Both the position numbers and the translations under genes were made by a program. The notes beneath the pieces are model-generated. The model saw nothing but the letters and a program-made list of their open reading frames with translations, was not told the DNA's origin and ran no database searches. Below are positions 61,501 to 64,000 of a DNA stretch of 64,000 bases, piece after piece (within the stretch, counting starts at the first letter, position 1; every line of letters starts with the position of its first letter). The stretch is taken from positions 187,240,001 through 187,304,000 of the forward strand of contig NC_042998.1 in NCBI RefSeq assembly GCF_006345805.1, in the 5' to 3' direction. Origin of the DNA: Octopus sinensis. Lineage: Eukaryota.

Positions 61501-64000
61501 ACACATTGTTTATTTAAATGAAATTTCTTTTTACTATGTCTTCTCTTTCTGTTTGCTTGACTCCTTGTGTACCTGTAGTTTACACAGGATGTACTCTTTG
61601 ATCTCAGTGGTTCTCGCTCTTTTTGATATTCTGGTTCATTAGGGATCAGACATAAAGTTATCAGTGCTCTTACCTGGAAAATTAAAATTATATTTTAAAG
61701 TTTAAAAATTTTTTAAATACAGAAAAACTATTGCTTGTTTTACTAATTATACTTATGTATAACGAAATTATGAATAACATATTTGTCGAAATACCCAAGC
61801 ATTGGTATGGATAGTCTAAAGCCATAAATTGTACTTTTAAGATTTTGCATTGCACTGAGATACCACTTGAAAACTGCTGACCTATCTACTCCTTTTCCGT
61901 ATATCAAACTTTCTAGATGGCAGAGTTTTGCATTCGTTTTTGCTAACTAAAACTTTTGTCTCAGGTTTACTTTAAAGCCTATCATTTCTAAGTTTTGTTT
62001 CCATTTTCTTCTCTAATTTTCTGATAGACTCACTTGAAAACTAGCTCAGTTTGCTCTGAGCTTAGAACTTCTATAGTTGTCTCCCTTAAAAGACGGCATC
62101 TGTAATACCCATTCTTGATACACACATGTACTGCATCTTGTCTAAGCCAATGCTTTTTCTAAGTAGTTTTTGTTGTAATTCTTTTTCCTATTTTGCCCAT
62201 CCATATGATTTTTCTCTAGTTGCTTCTTTCTAAATGTCATTTTTGCCTTTGACTACACTGTACTATCTGATTGGGCGTATTGAAAGGTTACTGTGTGCTT
62301 TACTTCACTAAATATTTCCAGTATCTCAGATGCTATCTCTGATGGTTCAGCTGTTAACTCTGCTTCGTATGCTTTCTACAATGTACTGTTAACTTTTGTA
62401 GTGGATACCCCTATAGTCTCTTTATGGGTTAGTCCCTTTCTCCACGTCCAGCAACCTCAGTGTTTTCAAGCCTCTTTTTTCTTGGTGTCTTATATTGTTC
62501 ATTGCAACATCGCTTTCTATCAAACCTCCCAGGGTCATCTGTTACCTTTTACGGTTCTATCAGCACTACCAGTCCACTGCCATGTTACCTTCAGTTTGGC
62601 TGGAAACATGCTCCCTCTATTGATCTGTTTTTTTTTCTTTAATTTGCAGCAAGTTCTCTGAGAAATTATTGGTTGTACTCTACATTAAACATTTCTAGCT
62701 CCTTCTTGTCATGCATTCTTTAAATGTATATTTGGTTGAGGGTGGGGGTCTTTCAGTTTCAATATCTTCCCTCTCCAGATTGTCTCATGTACCTTCATGC
62801 TAAACACTTTGCTGAACTCCCTGCTAACTCTTTATCTTGCTGATGGCAACCTCTCTACATGGCTTTCACAGCTCTCACAAGCCGTACATCTACGTTTGGT
62901 TTTCTTAGTGACCACTAAATTACAGAGTGCAAGATATAGTGGCTTGTCATTAACTGAGAACTACTCTTGTATTTGTCACTCCAGGAAGAAGACATTGATG
63001 GTGCTTTATTTGGTACTAACCTGAACTACATCCCATCTAAATCAATTTTCTTCCTAATGAGTTGTGCTGTAACTATTTTGTTTTTACTTTCATATTGAAT
63101 TTTAAAATTTGCTTTCCATGTCACAGTCCATACCAGTTCTAATTCAGTCTTCTAATTCTGGCCTTCTAAGATGATTTACAAGAATACTTCTGACTAGTAT
63201 GCCCCATTTTTGACATGGTTGGTGTTAGGAAAGACTGGATTCTATTCAAATACCACCCACTTTATTGTGAATTTTATCAAGGCCCTAGCACTGGCAAAGT
63301 TGCTTTGTGTTCTACAAGATTAAAAAATTCTTACTAAAAAGAAGAGATCTACTACCATCCCTTGTTACATAGATAGCATGGTACTGTGGCTGGGACAGAT
63401 GAGTTATAGATAGCTACAAGGTTATCAAAGATGTGAGAAAAGTGGAGAGGAACTTTACAAAACATTTTGGATAAGAGCCGCAAATGTAGATATACTATAC
63501 CTCTGAACTTCCGTTCTACTATTTTAATGCTTCACTATATTCAAACAACTTTTTGTTAGTGAATAAGGGAAAGATAACTTAATACATTCTCTACACATTT
63601 AAGTTGAATCTCTTGTAATATGAGTTTCATGCACAGTCATCATTAGGCAAGAACTGTTATTACTCAAAATATTTGTTCTTTTATATCCATTCATATGGAT
63701 TTGTTATTTAGTTTAGACCTCTTGTTTCTATTGCTTGGTCTCTGGTGGTCTTTTGTTTTGTTGTTTCTATTAGGGAATTGTTTGTAACTGGTTTCTACTG
63801 ACTTTAAGCTGTAAGTTGGCATATTTCTTTCAAATATTCACCATTCTATTGGTTGTTTATATGCTTATGTTTTCTTTTCTTTTCATGCTTTTGTTATTCT
63901 CTTTTTTTTTGTAAACTTAACTTGTCAAAAACCTGTGTTATTTTGGGAAATGTTTTTACCATTGGTCAAATTTGAATATGAATTCAGATATTAAGCTGAT

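Overview
AT-rich, repeat-dense animal genomic DNA. The SINE/LINE repertoire and microsatellite load suggest a cephalopod, probably Octopus (inference). One gene is securely recognisable: the first coding exon of ceramide transfer protein CERT1/COL4A3BP (PH domain, 48089-48325, + strand), preceded by a CpG-containing promoter with YY1 and CRE-like motifs. Its first intron runs past the window end. A possible divergently transcribed gene is hinted at by weak minus-strand exon candidates. The rest is mostly transposon debris: tRNA-headed SINEs, RTE, CR1, Tx1/L1 and RLE-type (R4/Dong-like) LINE relics, a Tigger/pogo transposase remnant, and piggyBac-, Tigger- and mariner-type MITEs. The most interesting signal is a set of five unrelated hammerhead-ribozyme-like motifs of the minimal type I kind known from Penelope-like elements and retrozymes. 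They are: one with a canonical core (7893-8022, minus); one decayed (39796-39870); two fold-back palindromes built from the 3' half of a hammerhead (48801-48896, 57201-57310); and an ~870-bp inverted-repeat element (32264-33132). Both arms of that element carry a hammerhead-shaped fold with a swapped G3/C8 core and enclose ten tandem 64-bp hairpin units. No Penelope ORF was seen. All folds were done by eye and none is experimentally tested. Most repeat boundaries are approximate.
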